Assembly (NCBI GenBank): GCA_030141605.1
Contig: JAQGDQ010001149.1
Location: forward strand, 1-59,359
From: Tubiluchus corallicola
Taxonomy: Eukaryota > Animalia > Priapulida
Length of the DNA: 59,359 nucleotides
Reading direction: 5' to 3'
The notes below the pieces were generated by a model, which ran no database searches, was not told where the DNA came from, and worked only from the letters and a program-made list of their open reading frames with translations. Shown one piece after another: positions 14,345 through 26,975 of the stretch. Position 1 is the stretch's first letter. Each line of letters begins with the position of its first letter. The translations under genes were made by a program, and so were the position numbers.

Positions 14345-14620
14345 GAGCCAACCAGTATTCGAACCCGCTAAAAGGTCGACTATTGGTCGCACGCCTTGTC
14401 GTTTGAGCTATTTGAAGAATGCAGAAGCGCAGGACCAAGTCTGAGATCTCAATTTGACTTAGTAATACACGTTCATTCAGAGCCATCTATCCCACGCGAC
14501 TGGGTTTAAATGAGCTCAACAGAGGGCATTGACAAGGAAACATCTCCTTTCTGTATTCTGAGCACACATTTCACAGCAATTAGCCGTTATGAGCCAACCA
14601 GGACTCGAACCTAGATCTTT
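14345..14620 (-). mobile_element. Degenerate tRNA-like/SINE heads, two B boxes
   Basis: Minus strand TAGCTCAAACG...GGTTCGAATACTGGTTGGCTC (14411-14345) and GGTTCGAGTCCTGGTTGGCTC (14611-14591). Confidence 0.5.
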
Positions 14621-15039
14621 CCAATTACAATCACTCAATCTGTTGATCAACGGCATGTTTTTCCAATAAAACGCAGCAAACTAAAATCATGTGTTACTAA
14701 CCTTGAGCAGTTTTGAATATTTAAAACGTACAAAAATATTACTCGCACTAGACAATTTACATGCTCTTTTCAAAACGTTTAAAAACCTTTCCCGGTTTCA
14801 ATGCTTAATACAATAAGAAAATGCTTAAAGGACAAGAAAAGGGATACCTCAAGTAGGTTTTAGAAAAATCGCCTTAAAAATTATATTACTTTATAGCAGT
14901 TTTATGCGTATATCGTACTCGCGTTGAAAGGAATTTTATTTGTTTTCATTTTAAATCTTCCGCAATACTGTTCTGAAGTCGCCATTACATGACGTCACTT
15001 ACGCACACGTGAATTAGGGGAAGAAAATCAAATGTTAAA

Positions 15040-15440
15040 TTATGTCCCAAAAAACTTTCTATGCAAAGTTATATTACGTAGCATTTTGTTTACCTGCTTG
15101 AAAGATATACGTAACTAGAAACAATAACTTAAAATGTTTGTGCCAATTGGTAAAATATCGGTGACTCACCCTCCAGGGGGCGCCACTCACTAACCAAAAA
15201 AAAAACAGTTTTAATCTTATTGACAAGATACAGTAATTTCAAACTTTACTCAGTGTTAACTAAATCCATAAAAATGGCTGCGCGCCTAACGGTGATCACG
15301 GGAGTTTAAATTTACACGCTTTATACAGCGTTACGGCCGATGCAAGTCCTGCATGCAAAAAGGAAGTATGTAAGTGGTATAAAATTTCAAGACGATTTTT
15401 TTAAGCTTTACGTAAGTGGAGGGTTTTCTTGTGCTTTAAT
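15040..15440 (+). mobile_element. Family D copy
   Basis: Homologous to 4680-5125 and 40575-40765. Confidence 0.6.
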
Positions 15441-15863
15441 TTTGCAGGTAAAATGGTCATTTCAGTAATTTATACACGCGTTGTATGGTCATTAACGAAG
15501 GGCGTAGTGTCCATAAATGCGCAAATTTTAAGGTTTCCTAAGGCGTTTACAACTAGACGCTACAAGCAGACAATTTACATGCTGAAAACAAGGAATAATT
15601 GTGTCATCTAAGATAAAAAACATGATTTCATTGTTCTAGGTGAAATCGTCCCATCCCATCTCATCTCACCTCACATTTCTGCTTTTTGCTACTGACACGT
15701 GTTTAACATGAGTAATTCGTTGTTTTCAGTCTAAATGGACGATTTGGAGATGTTACCCCACATTGGTAAACTGATATTATCCTAATATACGTAATATGAG
15801 GCACTAAAGTACCTTATATAATCGTAATAATAGTGAATAAATGATAATAGTGATAATTTTTAC

Positions 15864-16126
15864 CAAGACTGTTGTCGCTGCTCGTCGGAAATGACGTCAG
15901 CATTTTGCTCGGTTTCCGTGGACCGTTGGTAACTGGAGATATCTGCTCGTCAAAATGCGTCTCTTTCATTGGCTTGTTGTCGTCGGTAGATTCCGCCCGA
16001 CATCGTAAAAAATCGTCGAAGGAGATCCGACTATTGTCACCGAATCCCAGCTGCCGAAGCTGATGTAGAATTTCGTCCAGGGCTTCTTCCATATTGACCT
16101 TTTTACAGATGACCGTTAAATCATTA
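15864..16126 (-). CDS. MCC: Internal coding exon of MCC-like (colorectal mutant cancer protein) gene, EF-hand-containing N-terminal region
   Basis: Minus strand: acceptor tttgtttatttcAG|T, then NDLTVICKKVNMEEALDEILHQLRQLGFGDNSRISFDDFLRCRAE...KMLTSFPTSSDNSL-G|GTaaaa donor. From memory this matches the vertebrate MCC long isoform (NDLLMVCRQLNMEE...ISFQDFTRCR...SWPTSSDNSLG). 263 bp, phase 2 in, phase 1 out. Confidence 0.9.
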
Positions 16127-17357
16127 CTGAAATAAACAAATGAATTGAAATTAGTAGATCAATCAGGATTTTTACTCGAATGGCAGTGAGGTAAAAATAC
16201 ACATGTCCACATGCCCAAGACAAACGCATGCGCAGTACATAGCGAACGGAAAATGACGCCATTTTGATTAGTCAATTTTCGGTTGGTTTAAAACTTAAAT
16301 TAAATTTCATTGGTTCAAAACTAATTCGTAAAACAAAGATAATAGCCAACACCTACGCAAGCAAAGACAAGGCTTTTGTTCAGACAAAAACATCTGCAAC
16401 GTTCGATCAATTCATTTTAAATTGAAATTTTAGGCTTTAAGCTGCACCACCAGTGCTGTCACCACTCAATTTACAACCAGACTGAAAGTTGCATAACTCC
16501 GTAATGATGAACAGACAAATCGGCCATTCAGGTGTTCACTTTTGCCCAAATAGTTTGCTTTAAATTAATCAATTAATAAGTTATTAGTTATTAATTTAGT
16601 TAGTTAGTCATTAAATAAATTAATTAATTACTAATTAATGTGCACAAAACCTGTACAAAAGTGACCTATACAACTAAAGCAGATCACGTAAACTGAACTC
16701 AAAGCTTACTTCACATAGTTCCGTGCACTTTTACTAATTCTACTTGACTATATTTTCAACTATGCATTCGGTAAAACCATTATAATGCACAAGTTCACGT
16801 TACAATGTTAGACAGTGTCATTGTCAGATAAGTTCTAGATAAACGCGTTGATAGTACTGAAATACAAGCCTGGGAATTTAGAGAGTGAAACACAATAAAA
16901 AAAGCTTGAAATTAACTTGAGAGCAACCTGTTTTAACCAGAGATCTTATCTTTCGTTGTTGTCCAAAAAATTCTTTCATTCGCGCCGTTTCTCGCAGAAT
17001 GGCCAGAGCTGCTTTTCAGCGTCGACGAGTGAAAGTCAAGACGTCAAAGAAATACTGAAAATTATTGTGGTCTATATTGGTATAGCAAGACTATTCAGTA
17101 GAGGATTAAGAAAAGTCATGTCAACTGAAATGTATAGCTCTTTGTGTATTTATGAATACAATGCGTGAATGGCAGTTTTGTCTACACGGGTTTCTATCCC
17201 GCCTGTTCACTTTTCTGCAGACTTTAATTCTGTTTTCAGTATTGAGGACGTTTTGCACAATTTTAGTTTTTGAACAAACCTAGTATAATAAGATTTTAGA
17301 ATCAGATTACTAAAATGCGCAAGGCATGCAACAAGCTCATAGATTAATTCCAGATCT

Positions 17358-17500
17358 AGGTTTAGCGTGTCCGCTTTCCGTCTGGGAGGTCGTGAGTTCG
17401 ATACAGCGGCCGGGTCATAGCAAAGACTTTAAACACGCTGTTGCCCTGTCTGACGCATGATATATAGGGTAAAAGTGGAGTGATAATAGTCTCTGTTACG
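17358..17500 (+). mobile_element. tRNA-derived SINE fragment
   Basis: GGTTTAGCGTGTCCGCT...GAGGTCGTGAGTTCGATAC (B-box-like), then CCGGGTCATAGCAAAGACTTTAAA, resembling a widespread metazoan SINE central domain (from recall). Confidence 0.55.
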
Positions 17501-18671
17501 TAGTTGTAGATTGTTATTTACAGTCGGTCCAAAAGCTTTTTGGAGCTTATGTTAATTGTTCATCCAAAAAGCGAACTTTGAATAAAGATTATTATTATTC
17601 TCATCATCATCATCATCATCATCATCATCGCCATCATCATCATTATCATCATTATTATAACTATTACCTTTCATTCGGATTTCAATGTCCCTATTAACAT
17701 ACATTCTATTAAAGTACACATACAGTAAATTGCCTGCTAGGGTGTTCGACATTAGGGACGGGATCGAGGTTCGAGTCGGGATCAAAGGTGCGGGATTGGG
17801 GTTCGGGATGCTGAGATCGGGATCAAGTGGTTGGGATCGAAGTTCGGGTCGAGACAAAATGTCGGGATTAAGGTTCGTAATTTGAAGAAAGTTTGGGATC
17901 CAGGCTCTAGGAGTCGTGATCATAACGACCCAAATCGCGAATATCCCTTCTTCCTGCAACATGGATTTGGTAACGAACCACTTATTTCTGGCACAAAACT
18001 GAAAATACGTCCAATACTTTCATGCCATTGAAACAATTTTTAGCTAGAATTTTGAACAGTTATGAGCAGCAAACTTGCATAAGGCAACCTCACCAAGTAC
18101 ACTGTGAGCAAGTTCTGTAACATCTACATCATCTACAACATCTACATCATCTACATCATCTACATCATCGCAGATTAACGATTACCAAGCGCTCGTGTCA
18201 CGTGCCGTTTAATTTCTTCCGCAAGAAGCCAAGCTGAATTCATCGCCGGGACAACGAAGCTCTTATTACCGTTATCAGTGATGATCATTCCCTAGTCTGC
18301 GTGAGATCCAGCATAAGCTGCTTATAGAATGACAACATTTACACAAAGGAAGTCGAGTTTTTAGCGTGATTTAGACTGACAGCGTGCAAAAAGCAGTAAA
18401 CCAACAGGGAAAACTGATAAGTGAGTTGGGAACGGTAGACATAAGTTAAGTCGGTACAGCTGAGGGCACCTCATTAAGATAAAAAATGTAGCTACGTTAT
18501 GCGAATTACATAGAACAGTTAATCATAAGACAAAGCGGCCTTCTCTCTCACGCTTTTCGCCTTGGTTACTAAAAAACGGGTAATTTAGGAATCTCGGATA
18601 TTCAGCGCTTCTCCCCTTTTAAAGTATCAAATTTTCCTTCAATATTTCCGCCCTTTCTTTACAACCACTTG

Positions 18672-19531
18672 GATCTTTCAAAGTCTAGGCCTATCAAGTA
18701 GTTTTAGCTGACGATCTTTCAAGTTCTAGGCCTTACAAGTAGTTTTAGCTGACGATCATTCAAGATCTAGGCCTTACAAGTAGTTTCAGCTGACGATCTT
18801 TCAAAGTCTAGGCCTTACAAGTAGTTTTAGCTGACGATCATTCAAGATCTAGGCCTTACAAGTAGTTTTAGCTGACGATCTTTCAAGATCTAGGCCTTAC
18901 AAGTTGTTTCAGCTGACGATCTTTCAAGATCTAGGCCTTACAAGTAGTTTTAGCTGACGATCATTCAAGATCTGGGCCTCACAAGTAGTTTCAGCTGACG
19001 ATCTTTCAAAGTCTAGGCCTAACAAGTAGTTTTAGCTGACGATCATTCAAGATCTAGGCCTTACAAGTAGTTTTAGCTGACGATCATTCAAGATCTAGGC
19101 CTTACAAGTAGTTTAGCTGACGATCTTTCAAGATCTAGGCCTTACAAGTAGTTTCAGCTGACGATCTTTCAAGATCTGGGTTTACAAGTAGTTTCAGCTG
19201 ACGATCTTTCAAGATCTAGGCCTAATAAGTAGTTTCAGCTGACGATCTTTCAAGATCTAGGCCTAACAAGTTGTTTCAGCTGACGATCTTTCAAGATCTA
19301 GGCCCAACAAGTAGTTTTAGCTGACGATCTTTCAAGATCTAGGCTTAACCAGTAGTTTCAGCTGATGATTTTTCAAGATCTAGGCCTAATAAGTAGTTTC
19401 AGCTGACGATCTTTGAAGATCTAGGCGTAACAAGTAGTTTCAGCTGACGATCTTTCAAGATCTGGGCCTAACAAGTAGTTTCAGCTGACGATCTTTCAAG
19501 ATCTGGGCCTAACAAGTAGTTTTAGCTGACG
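18672..19531. repeat. 41-bp minisatellite (CTAGGCCTTACAAGTAGTTTTAGCTGACGATCTTTCAAGAT), ~21 copies
   Basis: Head-to-tail units with no spacers. Confidence 0.95.
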
Positions 19532-20929
19532 AAATCCGTGAAGTACGAAAGCTCCTGGAAAAATAAAAGTTTTTGAGATTTAAATGGACCTCTGTCCCTT
19601 TTATGATTATGACCTCGGCAAATTTCAGAAGAGCACTGTCTTACCTTAGATCAGTTAAGCCTTTTCAAGAAACTTGATAATTAAGTTATAATCTATGGTG
19701 GAATATATTAGCTCCTAATTTTAGCCACCAATTAAGAGGCCACATAATACGAAAAAAAACACGTGGAGCTTACAAGAACAAGCCCACACAAACATGAATA
19801 AAATCAATAATTCAGCAAAGAAATGTGAGCAAACCACAAGTACAAACCGCCCCAAGGTCAAATGTCAAATAATCTTGGTTTTGAGCAGAAGAATAATCAC
19901 ACACAGAGGAGTTTCACCAAACCTACAAATTACGGACACGCCACAAGCTGTTAAACATAATACTGAGCCTCTCGGCTATTATAGCCTTTTATGTGCAAAG
20001 TGAAAAATCGAAAGGTATTCATTTCGGGTGCTTGAGGTTAATGACGTCACCGGACACCAGTAAAACAGCGTTACAACATGTACGCATAGCTCAAATACTA
20101 TGTTACTACGTTCATAACATACTCAATATGTAATGTAGATTATACGCATCGCAACACTTGTATTATAGTTACATACTTTGCTTCTAACTGCCCACATAAC
20201 ACAAGATCTACAACAAATCATTAATTTGGTAATACATTACTTTATATTACGCAAGTCTTTGTTAAACTCAAGTAACACGTTCATGCAAGTCCTTTGCAAG
20301 GGCCCGAAGGACCCAGGTGTGGGCTTTATAATTGACTACAACAGCGCATGCGCGTAGTTGCATACATCATTGTATGAGTTAATGCCAATTAATATCATTA
20401 TAATATAAAATTGATATCAACCGAAATCGAATTTTTGCGCAGCCATCCATGCAAAACGGTTTCTTCTTTGTTTTCTGAAGATCTCGTTCAAATTCGACGC
20501 ACCGCTATTATAAATTCACCACGAGACACCCGCGCCACAAGCCACTTCACAACACTCTTAAATTAGGCATGAAATAGGGGCTTTTTACTGCATCCTCGTG
20601 TACAAGCGGCTAATAGAGGGCGCGATTGTCCAGCTGACACTTAACAGGGCACCGTTTTAAGATGAAAAGTACCGCCACAGGAAATAACTAGCTTAATCTG
20701 GAGTAATTTTGACAGCTCTAATTGAGAATGCGCCAAGATTTTCTCAGGCATAATGTCTGGCATAGAAAACCGTTGATAAGCCCGCTTTGTGGTATCCTAA
20801 ATTCTGGATAAATGGAATATTTCAAGAGCTCATAGAAACCTACAACATTCGATGACATCATCAAAACAAATCATTAGCAACTTAGCTTCAAATTCCCCCC
20901 GAAATAATTTAGAGCTCCTGATCGCATGA

Positions 20930-21435
20930 ATAACTGAAATTTGAAGTTTCGAATTATTGCTAATTATTCTTTTTTTACTAAATTATTAGCAATCTGTTTA
21001 CAGGCACAGTTCGCCTTCAAAATTTGGCTTACGGAAACTAAATTGTGTGCCTCCTCCTTGTAAGTTAATGTTGTCGAAGTTAAATAGTTAAAATCCACAA
21101 ATACTGCAATAATATTTCATTTTTCTAGGTTAGAATGTTACTAACTTTGCTAATCAACAAAAATTGCAATTGTATACAGTAAAGTGCGCTTAAATAACCT
21201 CATCTATTTGTTGATACAATGTAGATGTATACGGTAATTTTTCAATGTGTAATGAGTAGTTTTGTATATAGGACTAGTAAAGTTTATGTGCTAAGCGCAA
21301 AGTGATTTTCTAAATATTTGTTAGCTAAAGTACTGTATTTATTTATGACAAATACGAAAATTTATACTTCTGAAATATATCGGCCTGCAAGTAGAGGCCT
21401 TGTTTGTATATACCAATTTGTATTCACGCAATAAA

Positions 21436-21502
<67 letters not shown>

Positions 21503-21514
21503 CATCATCATCAT
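20930..21514 (+). mobile_element. Non-LTR retroposon 3' end with (AAT)n tail
   Basis: GGCCTGCAAGTAGAGGCC hairpin, AATAAA, (AAT)n; similar terminus to 53508-53570. The 5' boundary is uncertain. Confidence 0.5.
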
Positions 21515-21691
21515 CCCAAAGTTTCTGAAGTGGGAAGACATATTGAATTGATAACCCGATTAACATGGAATAAAATGAGCTCGAAGTTGGGAAATTTGCA
21601 AGCACGTTTTAATCAACTTGCTTTTAAACCTCATTATGACCTTGACCACTGGTCATCCCCTTAAAATGCATGTCAAGTAGAAAAACGTTAA

Positions 21692-22187
21692 AGTAAAACT
21701 GGACCAAATCTTAAACTGTAAGACAAAACAATATACTCTTTAAAATATTAAAAGGTAACACACTATTTTTTTTCAAAAATGACTTACGTGAAAGAATTAT
21801 TACCACACAAACACAATTTCACGTTCTCGCCATTAGTTCTTCCCTGTTACATGCATTTCGCCATTTGCTAGTACGGCGGTAAATAGGAAATTTGAATTTT
21901 TATCTTAAAACTTGCCGTGTTTTAGTACAACACACTGAATCTCTTATAGTAACACTGTACTTCAATTTTAGCTTTCGCAAACACATGCAACACGCTCACT
22001 TAATGTTTTTGATGTTGAAAATTATGTTAGTTTGTGATGTCATCAATAGTTGGGCTCGCCCGTCGCTAATCAAGTTTTTAATCTATTATTTAAAGATCAG
22101 AAACACTTTTGCTGTATTATTGTTGTTAAAATGTATACTTTTTACCGTACTGGAAAATGGGATAGTATGTAAAAATTCATCCTGCCT
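21692..22187 (+). mobile_element. Family A element, both ends, TTAA flanks
   Basis: TTAA|AGTAAAACTGGACC ... CATCCTGCCT|TTAA; internally deleted relative to the 37561 copy. Confidence 0.8.
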
Positions 22188-22475
22188 TTAACGTTGCTAG
22201 TCAGTTGACATTAGCATCTGCCATCGCATACCGACCACAATGGATAGACAAACGGCAAAGCAAAACTTGTTATCGTGACCTTTGTTTTTTGCTCCATCAT
22301 AGTTGTTGCATATAAAACCTCCTGGATGGATCCTAGTTCAACAGATTCACGCAATTCGGTGCCAGCACAGATCCAACCACTTTTTAGATTGATGGATTGG
22401 ATGTGACCTGTGACCTGAGGCATAGAACAATAGCTAGACTGTGACTAGACGAAATAGGAGTCATGAAGAATGAAG

Positions 22476-23420
22476 TATCTTCACCATTTTGGATGACAAT
22501 TTTGTTGAAATTTCTGGATAGGCATCTTCACTATTTTGGATAATATTTTTCCTGTAATTTCTGGATAAATATCTTCCCTATTTTCAATAATATTTTGCTG
22601 CAATTTCGGAATATGTATCTTCACTATTTTGGATAATATTTTTCCTGAAATTTCTGGATAAATATCTTCACTATTTTCAATAATATTTTGCTGTAATTTC
22701 TGAATATGTATCTTCACTATTTTGGATAATATTTTTGCTGAAATTTCTGGATAAACATCTTCACTATTTTCAATAATATTTTACTGTAATTTCTGAATAT
22801 GTATCTTCACTATTTTGGATAATATTTTTCCTGAAATTTCTGGATAGGTATCTTCAGTATTTTGAATTATATTTTTGTTGTAATTTCTGGATAAATATCT
22901 TCACTGTTTTGGATGCCATTTTGCCTGCAATTTCTGGATAGACATCTTCACTATTTTGGATGATACTTTGCTGTAATTTCTGGAGAGAAATCTTCACTAT
23001 TTTGGATATTTTGCTGTAATTTCTGGATAGATATCTTCACTATTTTGAATTATATTTTTGTTGTAATTTCTAGATAAATATCTTCACTGCTTTGGATGCC
23101 ATTTTGCCTGCAATTTCTGGATAAATATCTTCACTATTTTCGCTTGACATTTTGCTGTAATTTCTGGATAGAAATCTTCACTATTTTGGATGATATTTTT
23201 GCTGTAATTTCTGGATAGATATCTTCACTATTTTGGATTGATATTTTGCTGTAATTTCTGGATAGAAATCTTCACTATTTTGGATGATATTTTTGCTGTA
23301 ATTTCTGGATAGATATCTTCACTATGTTTGGATGACTCATTTTTGCTGATAGAGGTTTCTGACAGATAGACTATCTTCACTATTTTGCGATGATTAATTT
23401 TTGCTGTAATTTCTGTGAAT
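22476..23420. repeat. ~47-bp minisatellite (ATCTTCACTATTTTGGATGATATTTTTGCTGTAATTTCTGGATAGAT), ~20 copies
   Basis: ATCTTCAC recurs every 44-47 bp, with alternating variants. Confidence 0.95.
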
Positions 23421-24577
23421 ACGGATATCTTACAGATCGGATTAATACCCAAGATCAGGGAGAGGTACCCTGACACCATCTGCTAAGCTAAACAAACACA
23501 TATCATGGTCTTTAACCGATTAAAGAGATACAACACGTCATAAAGGTTGATTTAGCAACATTTCAAGAAGAAAGAGATCAGTCATGGATTAAGGACGCAA
23601 ATTAGTAAAAAACCCTTTTACCCGTGTCTATGTAAACACATCTAAAAACTTGACAAACAGCGGCAAAGCAGTGAGCAAGAGAATGCCAGAAGATAAGAAA
23701 GCGCCCATTCAGTCTTTCAGACGTGCACGTTAAGAAGTATACGGTAAGTTTACGGTAATAGTCTGCATGGCTATAGTAAAAGAGAAAAGTGCCTTTGGCG
23801 AGCGTCAAGGCAGCAGATTCGGTTTAAATCTGGAGTGTTTAAAATGTCTTTACAACATTTATTGCAGGTAGAAGTGTTCACGCTGAAGACGTGTAACTAA
23901 TCTGCAGGATTCCATGTACGCCCCCACGTATGTAGTTTGCATGACTTCAATTCAATTCACTTCGTTTCATAGCAAGATTTCGTATCGAATGAAGCAATGT
24001 ATTATGAGGGATAAGAGTGTTGACGTTCTTTCTGCCATTTCCCACATTGAGCCACAGCTAAAATGTCTGTTTATCGTGGCTGTTCAATATGCCTTTTTGC
24101 AAGCCTTCACATGCTACATTACAACACATACCCTTCCATTTAAAGATCGTATTTTCTACGTAGGCGCTTACCCTAACCCACTACTGCAGGAACAAATGTC
24201 AGTCGAGGGAAAGAGACCACTCCCACTGCTGCCACGATGATGACGACAGCAGCAGCAGAAACAGCCGGAACAGCTGCAGCTCGACCAGCAAAAGCAACAA
24301 CAGCAACGGTAGCAGCAGCACAACACAAGAACAGCGAACTAGTATTCAGACATTTGCCAAAACTATTCTGTCAGATTAGAAGTGAGTCAGCACGCCAAGC
24401 ACAAGTCTTCGACGGGTTCCCGTTTCTGTCCAATAAGTTTTACAGATGACACATGTTCAACTTTCGAGGACAGCTTTGTCTTAATATTGTCACAAAGGAT
24501 AACCCATATTCTGAGGAATGAAGGAGAATCAATCTCCTAAACATCTGATACACCTAATACTCAACAAAACCAAGTAT

Positions 24578-25061
24578 AACAAAGTGTAGCAAGTAGGCCT
24601 ACCGTATGCACCACCTTACAACATCAACAAAGTGTAGCAAGTAGGCCTACCGTATGCACCACCTTACAACATCAACAAAGTGTAGCAAGTGGGCCTACCG
24701 TATGCACCACCTTACAACATCAACAAAGTGTAGCAAGTAGGCCTACCGTATGCACCACCTTACAACATCAACAAAGTGTAGCAAGTAGGCCTACCGTATG
24801 CACCACCTTACAACATCAACAAAGTGTAGCAAGTGGGCCTACCGTATGCACCACCTTACAACATCAACAAAGTGTAGCAAGTAGGCCTACCGTATGCACC
24901 ACCTTACAACATCAACTCAACAAAGCGTAGCAAGTGGGCCTACCGTATGCACCACCTTACAACATCAACAAAGTGTAGCAAGTAGGCCTACCGTATGCAC
25001 CACCTTACAACATCAACAAAGCGTAGCAAGTAGGCCTACCGTATGCACCACCTTACAGCAT
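24578..25061. repeat. 48-bp minisatellite (CAACAAAGTGTAGCAAGTAGGCCTACCGTATGCACCACCTTACAACAT), ~10 copies
   Basis: Near-perfect tandem units. Confidence 0.95.
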
Positions 25062-25569
25062 CGACTGCAGTCTGCAAAAGTTTTTTTTCTTTAATGATTT
25101 GTGTCCTTAGACCACAGGAACAACTGTTTTCTCTTTGAAACAGCAATAGCATTAATCAAAATAAAAAAACACGCAAAATCTTGTATAACATGCACGTGAC
25201 CACTGTCCAGTCACTCCTGTATCCACAGTATGAAAACCGGCTAGGCCTTTTAAATGGTTCCTCTCACAAATAATCAGTAATATTGGCAACTTTCACTTCC
25301 AAACACACTTACACCGTCATGCAGGGTGCGTAGGAGTAGATGAAATATAACGATTAATGGGCCTCTACAAATGCCTGGGGGTAAAGGGTGGAAGAAAGGA
25401 AGTGAAACTCTTGCCCATGCAGTAAATGGACGGTTCACACCCAATAGCTTGTGTCAGAACAATGCGAAATGGCCATAAAAAGTAACCGTACACCTGTTGA
25501 CGTGAAGGTCACCATCTCCATGGGGTAGAGATTGGAAGCTAAAGCACAAGAAAATCCTGCATTTACATA

Positions 25570-25980
25570 AAGATTAAAAAACTGATCTTGAAATTTTACA
25601 CCACTTACATCCTGCCTTTTTGCATACAGGGCTTGCGTCTGCAGTAAGGCTGCAAAAATTTTTAATTTTCGCGATGACAGCGATTACGCAGCAATTTTGA
25701 CGACAGATAGTTTTAAACAAGTTCAGGCAACATTGAGTAAAGTTTGAAAAAATAATCAGTGCATTCATAGCGCACACGTCACTAACCAAGTAAATTTTTA
25801 AGGTACTGTATCTTTTCAATAAGATTAAAAATACGTTTTTTCGCAAGAGAGTGGTGCACCCTGGAGGGTGAGTCAGCGACATTTCACCAATTGGTGAAAA
25901 CATTTTGAATAATTAATAATTTTCTTATCTAGTTACATAAGTCCTTCAAGCAGGTAAGCGAAATGCTAAGTAATATAGAT
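25570..25980 (-). mobile_element. Family D copy (inverted)
   Basis: Reverse complement of blocks in 15060-15400. Confidence 0.6.
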
Positions 25981-26077
25981 TTGCTGACGATATAGTAAGA
26001 AAATGTTTACTAGACGCTTCCATTGTGATAAACATACCTCAGAATTTCATGCCTCCGTCATCTGTTCTTCATAACGC

Positions 26078-26975
26078 AAGGGATTTTAACGACAACGATA
26101 CGTATCGATAATTATCGAAAATCGCATCAATACGAAAAATTTGTTTTTATCGTTATCGTATCGATATTATTCTAGGTATATCTTTATCGTATCGATTTTG
26201 GCTTGTATCGTTGCTTATCGTTTACCGTTATAAAATAGCTTCACTTTGCTGTTCAATTTACTTACAGGAATTAAGCAAAACAGTGGATAAAAAGAATTGT
26301 TTAAAATTATAAGCTTGTCAGTTGCACTTTCGCTTTGCAATAGCGGTTATCTTTATTCTGATTCTGAATCATACAGACTCGCCGATGACCGAATACGGTG
26401 TACCGCATTTTTGATGTTATCGTTCCAGACACGTGTAATTGTGCAGCTCGCATAGATGAATCTTTGTGTCGTAGTAATCTACGTATCCATCGCAGATTTC
26501 TTATTTATGAATCGTTATAACAACGAAGCAGAAAATGTCGTCGTAGTCACGTAATGGTTACATAAATGGTTTAATTATTAGAGATACTTTTTCTGTTGTT
26601 GCATAAATTTTCTAACTGTATCGTTTTTATCGCTCGAAATAATTTATCGTATCGTATCGTATCACATCGTATCGCTAAAAAGTGAATTATCGTTATCGTA
26701 TGAACCACCTTACAACACCAACAAAGTGTAGCAAGTGTAGCAAGTAGTAATCCTGCCTTTTTACATACGGGGCTTGCGTCAACGCTGCAAAAATCTTAAA
26801 ATTTCGCGATGACCGTTATACGCAGCAATTTTGACGACAGATAGTTTTAAACAAGTTCAGACAACATTGAGTGAAGTTTGAAAAAATAATCAGAGCATTC
26901 ATAGCATATCGTTGAAAAAAAGTATCGCATTGTATCGTTATCGTATCGGCAAATTTGTATCGTTTAACATCCCAG
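26078..26975. mobile_element. hAT-like MITE with CGATA/TATCG subterminal repeats
   Basis: Ends AAGGGATTTTAACGA ... TCGTTTAACATCCCAG resemble (TA)GGGATG..CATCCC(TA). Flanking 8-mers CATAACGC / TATGACAC differ only by three transitions, consistent with an aged 8-bp TSD. Dense TATCG motifs at both ends. Confidence 0.7.

Larger units (their letters stand above)
6021..15863 (-). other. GT-AG intron (9843 bp) of MCC-like gene
   Basis: GT at 15863-15862 and AG at 6022-6021 on the minus strand; the Gly codon is split G|GA. Confidence 0.85.

Noticed and set aside
15814-15863. ORF-track extension KNYHYYHLFTIITII after DNSLG
   Set aside because: Read-through into the intron past the GT donor.
18672-19531. 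CRISPR-like regular repeats (also 24578, 43990, 48250)
   Set aside because: Units are head-to-tail with no unique spacers, there are no cas genes, and the context is a eukaryotic intron.
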